Source: Verrucomicrobiales bacterium
Lineage (GTDB): Bacteria; Verrucomicrobiota; Verrucomicrobiia; Limisphaerales; UBA11320
DNA length: 46,462 nucleotides
Assembly: GCA_003452185.1 (NCBI GenBank)
Contig: DMJJ01000214.1
Location: forward strand, 1-46,462
Direction: 5' to 3'
In this document: in pieces, positions 9,507-18,600 of the stretch
How the letters are laid out: the number at the start of each line of letters is the position of its first letter
How positions within the stretch are numbered: the first letter of the stretch is position 1
Translations under genes and position numbers: made by a program
Notes under the pieces: model-generated
Databases searched by the model: none
What the model was told of the DNA's origin: nothing
Seen by the model: the letters and a program-made list of their open reading frames with translations, nothing else

Positions 9507-10331
9507 TCAGCCCTCCGCCTGGAGGGCCCGCTTCAGACGGCGGAGAAAGTCGAGTTCCCGCTCCCGCTCCGCCCGTTTCTGATCCTCCCGGGAACGTGTG
9601 TCCCGCCCGCCCCCATGAAGCTCCTGGACCCGCTCGTTAAAGAACGGTTTCGGCCCCGAGGCGCTCTGCAGGTCGTCGCCCAGGGCCTGAATCCACCCCG
9701 GGATCCGGGCAAGCAGCTGGGGAATCCCTTCCGGCTCGTAGGCCTCGACCACCTTCAGCAGCGCGGTGCAGTCCTCCACAATCCCGCCCGCAGCGACACC
9801 CTGGGCCGCGAGAAGAAACCGCGCCAGGATGGCGGCCCGTTCCCCCGACTCCCATATCGGACGCCGGGCCACCGCGAGCAGGGGGGCGCGCGTGGCGGGG
9901 GAGGCGACCCCCTCGAGCGGGGGGCGGACTCCCGGAGGGACCGTGCCGTCAAGCCGAAGACGGAACAGGAACCTCTCCACCGTGACCGGTCGCAGGGGCA
10001 GACGGCACACCTCGCCTCCGGGGACAATGAGCGATCCCAGGGTGGGCCGGGCCACCAGGGTTGCCACCAGCCCGGGCCAGTCGGACCGCGGGATGGACTC
10101 CACCCCCAGAACGCCGGCGAACTCCGCCTGATCGTCAAACCCGGGGGTAAACGCGGGCGCAAGGGCGAGGTCGACCTGGTAGTCTTCCAGCGAGCCGAGG
10201 CGGTCGCGGAGGAATCCCGCGATCTGGTGTCGCTCCAACTCGTAGGTGTCCTGCAGGTGATCGACAATCTGACGGGATAGCTCGCGAGGGCGCTCGAGCG
10301 CCGTCGCCAGGAGCTCAGGAATCGATTCCAT
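9507..10331 (-). CDS. hypothetical protein (274 aa, no family recognised)
   Basis: Balanced L/E/A/D/R composition, unlike the R/P/G/S-rich overlapping + strand ORF 9297..10280. ATG start lies 34 nt downstream of the beta-helix gene stop on the same strand. No signal peptide. Charged coiled-coil-like C-terminus (REDQKRAERERELDFLRRLKRALQAEG). Confidence 0.6.
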   Translation of the reverse strand: MESIPELLATALERPRELSRQIVDHLQDTYELERHQIAGFLRDRLGSLEDYQVDLALAPAFTPGFDDQAEFAGVLGVESIPRSDWPGLVATLVARPTLGSLIVPGGEVCRLPLRPVTVERFLFRLRLDGTVPPGVRPPLEGVASPATRAPLLAVARRPIWESGERAAILARFLLAAQGVAAGGIVEDCTALLKVVEAYEPEGIPQLLARIPGWIQALGDDLQSASGPKPFFNERVQELHGGGRDTRSREDQKRAERERELDFLRRLKRALQAEG

Positions 10332-10365
10332 AGGAGGGGGATTCTCCCCCGCCCGGGGGCGGGGT

Positions 10366-12468
10366 TCAACGCCGGAACTCGGCGGCCCCCAGATCCCACC
10401 CGAGACCCTGGGGACGAGGGGTGCCGTAGAGGTCGGAGGTCGACCCCAGCCCGAGGAGGAGATCGAGGTCGAGGCCGTGATCGATGGCCGGGCTCTCCGG
10501 CTTCAGGTGGTAGTCGCCGGTCGCCGGGGAGAGAAACCCGGGATCGGCGATAATGCTATGGACATCCAACGCGACGACCCCGCTGTGCCACGACCCGGCG
10601 CAGGCTGCCCCGGGCGGGCATTCGGGCCCCCCGGGGAGCTTCCGCCCGGCCTCCCGGGGGGAGTCAAAGAGGAAGATCGGGCCGCCGGTCCCGGCGTTGC
10701 CCTCCCGGTGCATGTGGACGAGCCCGACATTGCCACGCGGAAACGGCCCCTTCCATCCCGGATCCGGCCCCATCCAGATGCAGTTGTAGTCACAGCGGGT
10801 ATCGCTGGCCCCAAAGAACGGGTCATCGTGAAAGATCCGGATCTGCTGCTGGGTGTGGTTGAAGGCAACGATGTTGTTGAGCACCCGGTTGCGGGCCGCG
10901 GGCCAGTAGGCGCGTCCCCCAAGGGCATTGCGCTCCCGTTCGATCGTCGGCCGGAAGGCGTGCATCGAGATGCCGGCGCTCTCGTCGTCGGTAAACTGGC
11001 GGGGGCCGGTGCGGGCGCGGGTGTTGACCACCGTGTTCCCCACGATCCACCAGTCGCTGCAGGCGTCGGCGTAGATTCCGTAGCGGGTGTTCCCATCGAT
11101 CAGGTTCCCGAGGATCAGGGTGTTGCGGGTCGCCTCCCCCATGATGCCGTAGGTCGTGTTGTCGCGAATGACGCAGTTGCGCACAACCTTGGCAAAGGGG
11201 CTGGGGCTCGTGAGCTCGGAGGCGGTGTCGAACCAGATCCCCGGGCCGTCGTTGCCCGACACCTCGCATCCGTCGATCGTGATCTCCATGCGGTCGTGGA
11301 GCGACAGGTTGGGGATGAACTTCATCCCGCCACAATGGAACGCCGGGTTGAAATGACGGGTGTTGTTCTCGTTCACGCGGCATCCGCTGACAAGAATCCC
11401 GTGGCACCCACCCCCGGCGGAAAGGCCGGAGTTTCCGTTGTGGGAGAGGACACAGTTTTGGACGGTCCCGTGGTCCCAGATTCCAAGGCCGACGCAGTCC
11501 ATCCACTCGATGGTGCATCCGTCAAACAGGCTGGAGTGCCCCGTCTCCATGGCCGAGGAGACAGTCCCCCCGCTCCACATCGAATTGGAGTGCCTGAAGT
11601 GGAGGCCCCGGACGATGAGGTTTCCGTGGTCCCGGGTGGCCCAGGAGTCATCCGCCACCCGGAGGACCGTCGGCCGGGCGCTGATCTCGATCGGCAGCCG
11701 ATTTGGATCGGCCCCATCCTTGAGCCGCAGGAAGAGGGTGCGGCGCTCCACCACCACCCTGCCCCCCTCGACGTGTCCCGCCTCGCGGCAATAGAACGTT
11801 CCAAGGCCCCTGGCCCCCGCCATGTATTGGAGCGAGGTGATCCCGGCATCCCAACGAGACCCGGGAGAGGTCTCGCCGACCGGCATGTCGGGGGGATCGC
11901 ACTTCCCGACCCAGTTGCCAAAGTACCCGGTCGGGTAGCCCAGCTTGGTGAGGGGAGTGCCGGGGTTCGAAACGGCGAAGGCCGGGTTGTCCGGATTCTC
12001 TCCCTCGGCATGAACGAAGAGCTGCTGGACGTTCACGTTCAGGACGCCCGTGTAACGCCAGATCCGCGGAGAGCCTGCCGCAGGGGAGGCCGGAAGCTCG
12101 GGAGCCTCGGCTCGGACCCAAAGCCCGGCGTTGCGGGCCAGGAGGTCGGACCCCTTGATGACCACGGTCGCCCCCTCGGCACTCTGAAGGGTGAGCTTCG
12201 GGCCGTCATTCCTCAGGTCGGGATTCGGGCTCTTGAACAGCGGCGAGGTCGGGATGAAGATCCCCTCGCGATACACCCCGGAGCGGATGATGAGCGTGTC
12301 GCCCGGAACGGCCCCGGCCTGAATCGCCCGCTGGATGGTCTTCCATGGTTGGGCCGCCGTCCCGGCTTGCGCCCCGGTGAAAGACCCATCGACGTGGTAC
12401 ACATTGCCCGCAAGGCCGCCCGTCGCGGTAAGAAACGCGACGACGAGGGGGAGGACCGATCTGAACAT
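10366..12468 (-). CDS. secreted right-handed parallel beta-helix repeat protein (pectate-lyase-fold, DUF1565-like N-terminus)
   Basis: Signal peptide MFRSVLPLVVAFLTATGGLAG. The N-terminal QPWKTIQRAIQAGAVPGDTLIIRSGVYRE is typical of beta-helix proteins. Many short repeats are of the type NCVLSHNGNSG, GCRVNENN, GCEVSGNDGPGIW, NCVIRDNTTYGI, GNLIDGNTRYGIY and NNIVAFN. Confidence 0.75.
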   Translation of the reverse strand: MFRSVLPLVVAFLTATGGLAGNVYHVDGSFTGAQAGTAAQPWKTIQRAIQAGAVPGDTLIIRSGVYREGIFIPTSPLFKSPNPDLRNDGPKLTLQSAEGATVVIKGSDLLARNAGLWVRAEAPELPASPAAGSPRIWRYTGVLNVNVQQLFVHAEGENPDNPAFAVSNPGTPLTKLGYPTGYFGNWVGKCDPPDMPVGETSPGSRWDAGITSLQYMAGARGLGTFYCREAGHVEGGRVVVERRTLFLRLKDGADPNRLPIEISARPTVLRVADDSWATRDHGNLIVRGLHFRHSNSMWSGGTVSSAMETGHSSLFDGCTIEWMDCVGLGIWDHGTVQNCVLSHNGNSGLSAGGGCHGILVSGCRVNENNTRHFNPAFHCGGMKFIPNLSLHDRMEITIDGCEVSGNDGPGIWFDTASELTSPSPFAKVVRNCVIRDNTTYGIMGEATRNTLILGNLIDGNTRYGIYADACSDWWIVGNTVVNTRARTGPRQFTDDESAGISMHAFRPTIERERNALGGRAYWPAARNRVLNNIVAFNHTQQQIRIFHDDPFFGASDTRCDYNCIWMGPDPGWKGPFPRGNVGLVHMHREGNAGTGGPIFLFDSPREAGRKLPGGPECPPGAACAGSWHSGVVALDVHSIIADPGFLSPATGDYHLKPESPAIDHGLDLDLLLGLGSTSDLYGTPRPQGLGWDLGAAEFRR

Positions 12469-12752
12469 ATGCGTCCCTCCCCTTCGCCTGAACGCCGGGC
12501 AAAGTCAAGGCGGAGCGTGCCTCCCCCGACGGTGTCGCCCGGGCTCTCACGCTCGATCGGTCCCCCGCCACGGGCCCACCTCCCGCCCCGCGCCAGGGTC
12601 GACTCACGCTCCTCCCAGTTCCATCGCAGCGGCGGGGGTGACCTTTTTCTTTCCATGGGGGGCTCCCCGGGGACATAGTCGGTCGGCGGAAGTGGTGGGT
12701 CGTTCCCGGCGCCGCAAGCCGGGATGCCCCCCCTCGCCCGCCGAAGTATCCC

Positions 12753-15700
12753 ATGTCTGCCAATCAGCCCAGGAACCGCTCGCATCCCTCGCCGCGTGCT
12801 TGGTCGAAGCGACCCGGGGACCACGGTGGATGGGCCACCCGGCTGCTCCTCACATTCCTGATCCTGCTCCCCTGCCCCCTTCTCCGCGCCGCCCTGCCTC
12901 CCCCCGCCTCGCCCCCCGTGCTGGAGGAGGTGAGGGATGTGATCCGTCTTGCGCCGGGCGACCTCCTCCGGACCAACCGGGTGTCGTTGACCGGGATCCT
13001 GACCTACCATGATCCGGCCCGGCAGTTGACATTCCTGCAGGATGAAACCGGGGCCTGCGCCCTGAGTCCCAGCCCGCAGAGCCCCGAGTTGCATGCGGGC
13101 GTGCGCGTGCGTGTGGCCGGCGTGGTCGCGAGCTTCGGATCGGGCCGCAGGGTTCACCCGGAACTCATCTCGCCCCTCGGGGAGGGGGATTACCCCGCGG
13201 CAGCCCCTGCGTCCCCCCAGCTCCTGTTCGGCGGCGGACTGGAGGGCCAATGGGTGAGACTGTCCGGCGTTGTCCGGCAGGTGACGACGAACCTCGGCTA
13301 CATCCTCTTCAGGACCGCCGTCAAAGGAGGAGAACTCGAGGGAGTCATCTCCCAAAGCCCCGACATGGGGGGCGACCTGATCCCGGATGCCCGGGTCACG
13401 GTGGCCGGCGTGATCCACTCGACGGAGTGGGATTCAGGGCGCCCGCGCCAGATCCGCCTGTTCGTTCCCGGGTGGACACACCTCACCCTCCAGCCCCCGG
13501 AAGACCGGGACCCGTTCGCCGCTCCGCTCCGAACGATCCAATCGGTGCTCCAGCTCCAGCTCTCCCCCGATTCCGCCCCGTTCAACCGTGTCCGGATCGA
13601 CGGCCTCATCACGGCAAGCTTCCGGGATGGGCTCCTGTATGTCCGGGACGCGCACGATCCCGCGGGCGACATCCGGGTGAGCACCTCGCCGCCGCTGCAG
13701 GCGGAGGTGGGCGACCGGGTTGAGGTGGCCGGATTCCCGCAGTCGCGGGCCCTTGTGGCGGAGTTGGGCGACGCGGTGGTGCAGGTCGTGGGGGGCGGCA
13801 ATGCGCTCCCCGTCCGCGAGATCATCGATTTGGATCCCCACTCCGCGGGCCTTCACGAAGGAGAGCTGATCCAGGTCCACGGCCGGATCCTGGGAAGGGC
13901 GGACCAGGCGAACCGCACGCTTTTCTGGGCCGAGTCGGGCGGGCTCTATTTTGAGGCGGTGCTTCAACATTCAGGGACTCCGGGCAGGCCCCGGGCAACC
14001 AAGGGGAGCCTGGTGGAGTTCACCGGGGTTTGCACCGGAATCCAGGGGGAGGGGCGAGGTCAGGCGTTCCAACTCCTTCTCCGGGATGAGAAGGATCTGT
14101 TGGTCATCGAGGGGGCCACCTGGTTGACCACCCGCAACGGGTTTCTCCTCCTCGGGGGGATGGGGGCCATCCTCATCGCCACCGTGGCCTGGGTCGTCAC
14201 GCTCCGGAGGCGGGTGCGGAAACAGACCGAGCAGATCCGGGAGCGGCTCGAACGGGAGGCCGCATTCGAGACCCGGTTCAGCCAGTTGGTCGATAACGCC
14301 CCGGACCTGATCCTCACCTACGACATCGGCGGCCGGATCCTCTCCATCAACAAGGCCGGGGAGGCCCTCAGCCGCTATTCGCGACGGGAGATCATCGGCA
14401 AAAAGCTGGAGGAGGTGCTCATCGGACCGACCGGCCTGGAGGGGATGATCCCCTACCCTTCGCGCGAGCTGCCGGCGGCGAGCATCGAGCTGAGCCTCCT
14501 CACCCGGACCGGGGAGCGGATCCCGGTGGAAGCCCGCTGGCAGCCGATCGCCGCGGGGGGGCGGCCGACGGAGATGCAGTGCATTGTGCGCGACATCCGG
14601 GAGCGGAAGCGGGCGCAGGAGGCGTTGAGGAAAAGCGAAGAGCACCTGCGCCTCGCCATCGACGCCGCCCAGATGGGAACCTGGGAGTTCCACCCGGCCA
14701 CGGGACAGGTCCACTGGAACAGCTGGGTCTACGAGCAATATGGGGTCACGGAGGGGGCTTTTGGGGGAACGGTCGATGCGGTTCTGGAACACATCCACCC
14801 CGTGGATCGCGAGCACATCCAGCGCACCATCGAGGTCACCTCCCGCACCGGGGAACCCTTTCAGCTGGAGTACCGGATCGTGCGGCCCGACGGCCAGAAG
14901 CGCTGGCGCCTGATGCAGGGGCACGGGTTGCGCGACTCCCTCGGGAACGTGACCCGGGTCATCGGCATCAGCCAGGATGTCACCCCGCGGAAGCAGGCGG
15001 AGCAGGCCCTGCGGGATCGGGAGGAGATCTACCGTGCGATGTTCGAGAAGAACCGGGCCTCGAAGCTCCTGGTCGAGCCCGAAACCGGCGAGATCGTAGA
15101 TGCGAATCCGGCCGCAGCGGGCTTCTACGGGCTTCCGCTTCCCGAACTCCGGAAGATGCGCCTCAGCCAGGTGACCCGGGGGGACCAGGAGGCGCTGAGA
15201 ACGATCCTCCGGCAGGCCCGCGACGGAGAGACGGACTTCTTCCACCTCCGCCAGGTCACCTCCTCGGGGGAGGAGCGGGACGTGGAGGTGTTCGCCGGGG
15301 CCCTTCGGGTCGGGGGGCGTCCCCTGCTCTTCTGCATCGTCCTGGATGTCAGCGACAAGGTGAAGGCCGCGGAAGCCCTCCGGGTGATGAACCAGCAGCT
15401 GGAGGCACGGGTCCAGGAGCGCACAGAGGAACTCCGCCAGCGGATCTCCGAGGTGGAGGGGCTCAACAAGCACACCACCGCCCTCCTCCAGGACCTCAAG
15501 CGCGCGCACCGGGAGACCGCCGCCGCGGCGCGGCAGTCCGAGGCGGCCAATACCCAGCTCCATGCCATCAACCAGGAGCTGGAGGCATTCTCGTATTCCG
15601 TTTCACACGATCTCCGGGCGCCGCTCCGGCACATCGCGGGCTATGTCAGCATCCTGGAGGAGACGCACCTCGACCGGATGGACGACGAGGGAAAGCGCTG

Positions 15701-16307
15701 CCTGGCCACCATTTCCAAGGCGGCCCACCGGATGGCGGAGCTCATCGATGACCTGCTCGCCTTCTCACGGATCGGGAGGACGGAGCTCACCCTCCGGTCG
15801 ATCGATCTGTCGACCGTGGCGCAGGAGTTAATCCGGGACTTCAGCACCGAGTCCCGACACCGCGAGATCGAATGGCGGGTGCAACCCCTTCCGCAGGTGC
15901 AGGGGGATCCTGTCCTCCTGCGACAGGTCCTGTCCAACCTGCTGGAGAATGCCGTGAAGTACACGCGACCCCGCGAGCATGCGGTCATCGAGATCGGCGT
16001 CGTGCCGGGCCGCCCCCAGTCGCCGGCGGACTTGTTTCACACCCTCTATGTGCGGGACAACGGCGTCGGGTTCGACATGGCCTATTGCACGAAGCTCTTC
16101 GGTGTCTTCCAGCGCCTTCACAGCGCCTCCGAATTCGAGGGGACGGGAATCGGCCTGGCGAATGTGCGTCGGATCATCGCCCGCCATGGGGGGCAGACCT
16201 GGGCCGAGGCCGAGCCTGACCGCGGGGCCACCTTCTACTTCACGCTGCCCCGTGAGGCCTCCCAGGCCGCGTCGGCGCGCACGGAAATCCAGTCCATGGG
16301 AGCCTGA
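12753..16307 (+). CDS. membrane sensor histidine kinase with large extracytoplasmic repeat domain, multiple PAS domains, HisKA and HATPase_c
   Basis: 1184-aa ORF with an N-terminal hydrophobic segment, a repeat region of about 370 aa and a TM helix (GFLLLGGMGAILIATVAWVVTL). Several PAS/PAC units are present (e.g. WEFHPATGQVHWN...EYRIVRPDGQKRW). A coiled coil follows, then the H-box FSYSVSHDLRAPLRHI. N-box LLENAVKYT. G-boxes VRDNGVGFD and GTGIGLANV. No receiver domain. Confidence 0.9.
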   Translation: MSANQPRNRSHPSPRAWSKRPGDHGGWATRLLLTFLILLPCPLLRAALPPPASPPVLEEVRDVIRLAPGDLLRTNRVSLTGILTYHDPARQLTFLQDETGACALSPSPQSPELHAGVRVRVAGVVASFGSGRRVHPELISPLGEGDYPAAAPASPQLLFGGGLEGQWVRLSGVVRQVTTNLGYILFRTAVKGGELEGVISQSPDMGGDLIPDARVTVAGVIHSTEWDSGRPRQIRLFVPGWTHLTLQPPEDRDPFAAPLRTIQSVLQLQLSPDSAPFNRVRIDGLITASFRDGLLYVRDAHDPAGDIRVSTSPPLQAEVGDRVEVAGFPQSRALVAELGDAVVQVVGGGNALPVREIIDLDPHSAGLHEGELIQVHGRILGRADQANRTLFWAESGGLYFEAVLQHSGTPGRPRATKGSLVEFTGVCTGIQGEGRGQAFQLLLRDEKDLLVIEGATWLTTRNGFLLLGGMGAILIATVAWVVTLRRRVRKQTEQIRERLEREAAFETRFSQLVDNAPDLILTYDIGGRILSINKAGEALSRYSRREIIGKKLEEVLIGPTGLEGMIPYPSRELPAASIELSLLTRTGERIPVEARWQPIAAGGRPTEMQCIVRDIRERKRAQEALRKSEEHLRLAIDAAQMGTWEFHPATGQVHWNSWVYEQYGVTEGAFGGTVDAVLEHIHPVDREHIQRTIEVTSRTGEPFQLEYRIVRPDGQKRWRLMQGHGLRDSLGNVTRVIGISQDVTPRKQAEQALRDREEIYRAMFEKNRASKLLVEPETGEIVDANPAAAGFYGLPLPELRKMRLSQVTRGDQEALRTILRQARDGETDFFHLRQVTSSGEERDVEVFAGALRVGGRPLLFCIVLDVSDKVKAAEALRVMNQQLEARVQERTEELRQRISEVEGLNKHTTALLQDLKRAHRETAAAARQSEAANTQLHAINQELEAFSYSVSHDLRAPLRHIAGYVSILEETHLDRMDDEGKRCLATISKAAHRMAELIDDLLAFSRIGRTELTLRSIDLSTVAQELIRDFSTESRHREIEWRVQPLPQVQGDPVLLRQVLSNLLENAVKYTRPREHAVIEIGVVPGRPQSPADLFHTLYVRDNGVGFDMAYCTKLFGVFQRLHSASEFEGTGIGLANVRRIIARHGGQTWAEAEPDRGATFYFTLPREASQAASARTEIQSMGA

Positions 16308-16330
16308 CCCGGCAAGCCGGCCGTCGTGCT

Positions 16331-17482
16331 TCAGTAAAGGATGACAAAACTTCCGTCCGGCCTGGCATAGCAGGCGGCGAAGTTCCACGGGACGATCCCC
16401 GGCCTGGAGCCACTCTCCAGGGTGGCGGCCCCGCCTGCATCGGTCAGCTTCCAGGCGAGCCGTCCCCCGCGCTGCCAGCCCGTTCCCTCGGTCCAGACGT
16501 GGAGGATCTCGCCGTGCCGGTTGACGGCCACCGAGGGGTGCTTGGCACCGGGCCCCGGAGCGATCGCCGTCGGAACGAGCGAAGCCGCTCCGATCTCCAA
16601 CGACTGGATCGAGCCCCGGGTCTCCCAGTCGACCCGTGGTGCCGAATCGACCGATGGAAGGAAGCGGGTCGTGCTCATGGGACAGGAGGCGGTCTCCCAA
16701 TCCTGGAGCAGGCGCGATTGGAAGGAGGCCCCCTGGTCGCGGGATGTCAGCAGCACCGCTTCCCTGTGTGTGCCGTCGCGCGCCGACCGGAACAGTGCGT
16801 GAAGGGTCCCATCCGGTGCGGTTTGGGCGGCCAGCCCGCAACAGCCGCAGACGCCCGACTCCCCGCCGACCGGGCGTTCGGCCTCGAAGGTGCGGCCGTC
16901 ATCCCGCGAACGGGAGAGGAACACGCGCCGATGCGATTCCCCCGGGGCGGATCCAAGGGGGCTTCCATGAAACAGGACGAACACGCCTCCGCCCGGGTCG
17001 GCGGCCACGGCAGCCCCTCCGTCCAGGGAGCCAACCCGGGTCAGGAGGTTGCGTTCCGGCTCAAATCCCGGGCTTCCTGCCTGCATCCGGGAGTAGAGCA
17101 ACGGCGAACCGGCGGGTGCCGTGGGGCGGGCCGTCGCCGACCCGTTCCAGAGCACATGCACCCACCCTCCGCGTCCGAGGGCGACACGGGCCCCGCGCAC
17201 CGTCCCGATGGCGATGCCGCTTCCCGGGCTTTGATTCACCCGGAGCGGGGGGGAGGCCGCCTCCGGGCCCGCGGGAACCCGCCGATAGTAAACGTCCGCC
17301 GCGCCGGGTTCGCCGGAGAGCCAGACCCAATGCGCCGTGCCGGAGGCATCCACGGCCACCTCGGGTTGCAGGCCGCCGGCCGGCAACCGCTCGATCCGGA
17401 TCGTGGCCCCGGGAAGCACCCCCGCGGATCCCAAACCAAGGAGGATCGCGGGAAGCCAGGATGGGAGTTTCATTGGGATCAT
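16331..17482 (-). CDS. secreted BNR-repeat (sialidase-like beta-propeller) protein
   Basis: Signal peptide MKLPSWLPAILLGLGSAGVLPG. BNR-type motifs SRSRDDGRTF and TSRDQGASF. The ATG at 17482 overlaps the stop of the upstream CDF gene (ATGA on the minus strand). An ATG at 17473 is an alternative start. Confidence 0.7.
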   Translation of the reverse strand: MIPMKLPSWLPAILLGLGSAGVLPGATIRIERLPAGGLQPEVAVDASGTAHWVWLSGEPGAADVYYRRVPAGPEAASPPLRVNQSPGSGIAIGTVRGARVALGRGGWVHVLWNGSATARPTAPAGSPLLYSRMQAGSPGFEPERNLLTRVGSLDGGAAVAADPGGGVFVLFHGSPLGSAPGESHRRVFLSRSRDDGRTFEAERPVGGESGVCGCCGLAAQTAPDGTLHALFRSARDGTHREAVLLTSRDQGASFQSRLLQDWETASCPMSTTRFLPSVDSAPRVDWETRGSIQSLEIGAASLVPTAIAPGPGAKHPSVAVNRHGEILHVWTEGTGWQRGGRLAWKLTDAGGAATLESGSRPGIVPWNFAACYARPDGSFVILY

Positions 17483-18414
17483 GGGTTGCCGGGCGGCACC
17501 GGAGCGGAGGCGCCGCGATGGGAGACTCCGGCGGGAAGCGCCGGCTCAAGGTGAATCAGCACGTCGAGCACCTGGGGCATCGAGGAGCGGACCGCGTCCT
17601 TCACCTCGTGGGCGATGCGATGGGCTTCGTTGACACTCATTCCCCCATCCACATGAACGTGCATGTCAACGAGGAGCGATCCGCCGGTCTTTCGTACGAT
17701 GCACTTCTCGACAAGGACAACCCCCGCAATCCCCCCGGCCAGCGCGCGGATCCGGTCGATGACATCCTGGTCGGGTGAGGCATCCATCAACTCGTCGAAC
17801 GCTTTCGCAAAAATCACCCACCCGTTCCATGCAATGACCCCCGAGGCCAGCATGGCGGCCACATTGTCTGCCGATCGGTAGTCGGGACCCCCGAGCAATG
17901 CCACCGTGATGCCCACCCCGGCAGCCAGGGAGGTGATGGCGTCGCTCCGGTGGTGCCAGGCGTCGGAGTGCACCGCAACGCTCTCCAGGGCCAGGGCCTC
18001 CCGCATGACATACCGGTAAAGCCCCTCCTTCAGCACGATCACCCCAAGGAGCACCACCAGGGTGAAGGGATGAGGCATGGCCCGCTGAACCGCCGCCCCC
18101 CCCATGGCATGGAACACAATCCATCCCGCGGCCCCCAGGAGGAGGATCCCCACCACGAGGGCTGCCACGGCCTCGGCCTTGCCGTGGCCGTAGGGGTGAT
18201 CGTGGTCGGGGGGTTCCGCGGCCACCACGACAGCCCGCCAGACGATGATCGAGCTGACGACATCGGCCAGGGATTCGACTCCATCGGCCACGAGGGCCGC
18301 GGAATGCCCGAGGATCCCCGCGGCAATCTTGATTGCCGAGAGCGCGGCATTCACTCCCAGCCCGAGGAGGGTGGTTCGGAGGCTTCGATTCAGTCGGTTG
18401 CGGTCCTGAGTCAT
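17479..18414 (-). CDS. cation diffusion facilitator (CDF) family divalent-metal efflux transporter
   Basis: I start at the internal ATG at 18414 (MTQDRNRLNRSLRTTLLGLGVNAAL). TM2 metal site HSAALVADGVESLAD. TM5 site HSDAWHHRSDAITS. C-terminal cytoplasmic domain VDMHVHVDGGMSVNEAHRIAHEVKDAV. The 48 codons upstream in the ORF track are R/G/P-rich and look non-coding. Confidence 0.85.
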   Translation of the reverse strand: MTQDRNRLNRSLRTTLLGLGVNAALSAIKIAAGILGHSAALVADGVESLADVVSSIIVWRAVVVAAEPPDHDHPYGHGKAEAVAALVVGILLLGAAGWIVFHAMGGAAVQRAMPHPFTLVVLLGVIVLKEGLYRYVMREALALESVAVHSDAWHHRSDAITSLAAGVGITVALLGGPDYRSADNVAAMLASGVIAWNGWVIFAKAFDELMDASPDQDVIDRIRALAGGIAGVVLVEKCIVRKTGGSLLVDMHVHVDGGMSVNEAHRIAHEVKDAVRSSMPQVLDVLIHLEPALPAGVSHRGASAPVPPGNP

Positions 18415-18600
18415 GCGGTTCCCGGGGCCGCGCCGCTCCGGGTCGGCCCACCCTACCCCGGTCCGGGAGGGGAGCGCCAGCGTTTGAGTGTGGAACGGAA
18501 GGAGGCCGGCCGGCGGAGGGCCCCGCCCTTCGACGCGACAACGGACTCTTTTCACCATTCCCTTCCCTGCTCCCTCCAGCGATGATCAACGGCGCCGCCT

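Noticed and set aside
10477-12678. 733-aa + strand ORF opposite the beta-helix gene. The same pattern occurs at 1037..2845(-), 13971..15563(-), 25019..26524(+), 28908..30935(-), 32248..34503(+), 34626..36050(+) and 36646..38139(+).
   Set aside because: All lie antisense to genes with strong motif support, have R/G/P/D/H-rich low-complexity translations and show no family signatures. I treat them as high-GC shadow ORFs rather than overlapping genes.
12213-13418. 401-aa minus-strand ORF crossing the divergent spacer 12469-12752 and both flanking gene starts
   Set aside because: It is antisense to the kinase N-terminus and out of frame with the beta-helix gene. The composition is R/G/P-rich. 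The 284-nt spacer otherwise shows only a 10-bp palindrome, TCCCCGGGGA (12664-12673), which is trivial at this GC content.
18415-18600. Possible metal (NiCo/czcD-type) riboswitch in the 186-nt leader of the CDF transporter, and the 48-codon N-terminal extension of that ORF
   Set aside because: I could not recognise a conserved riboswitch core or a convincing multi-stem architecture by eye. The extension is R/G/P-rich. A covariance-model scan (Rfam NiCo, Mn yybP-ykoY) would be needed to settle this.
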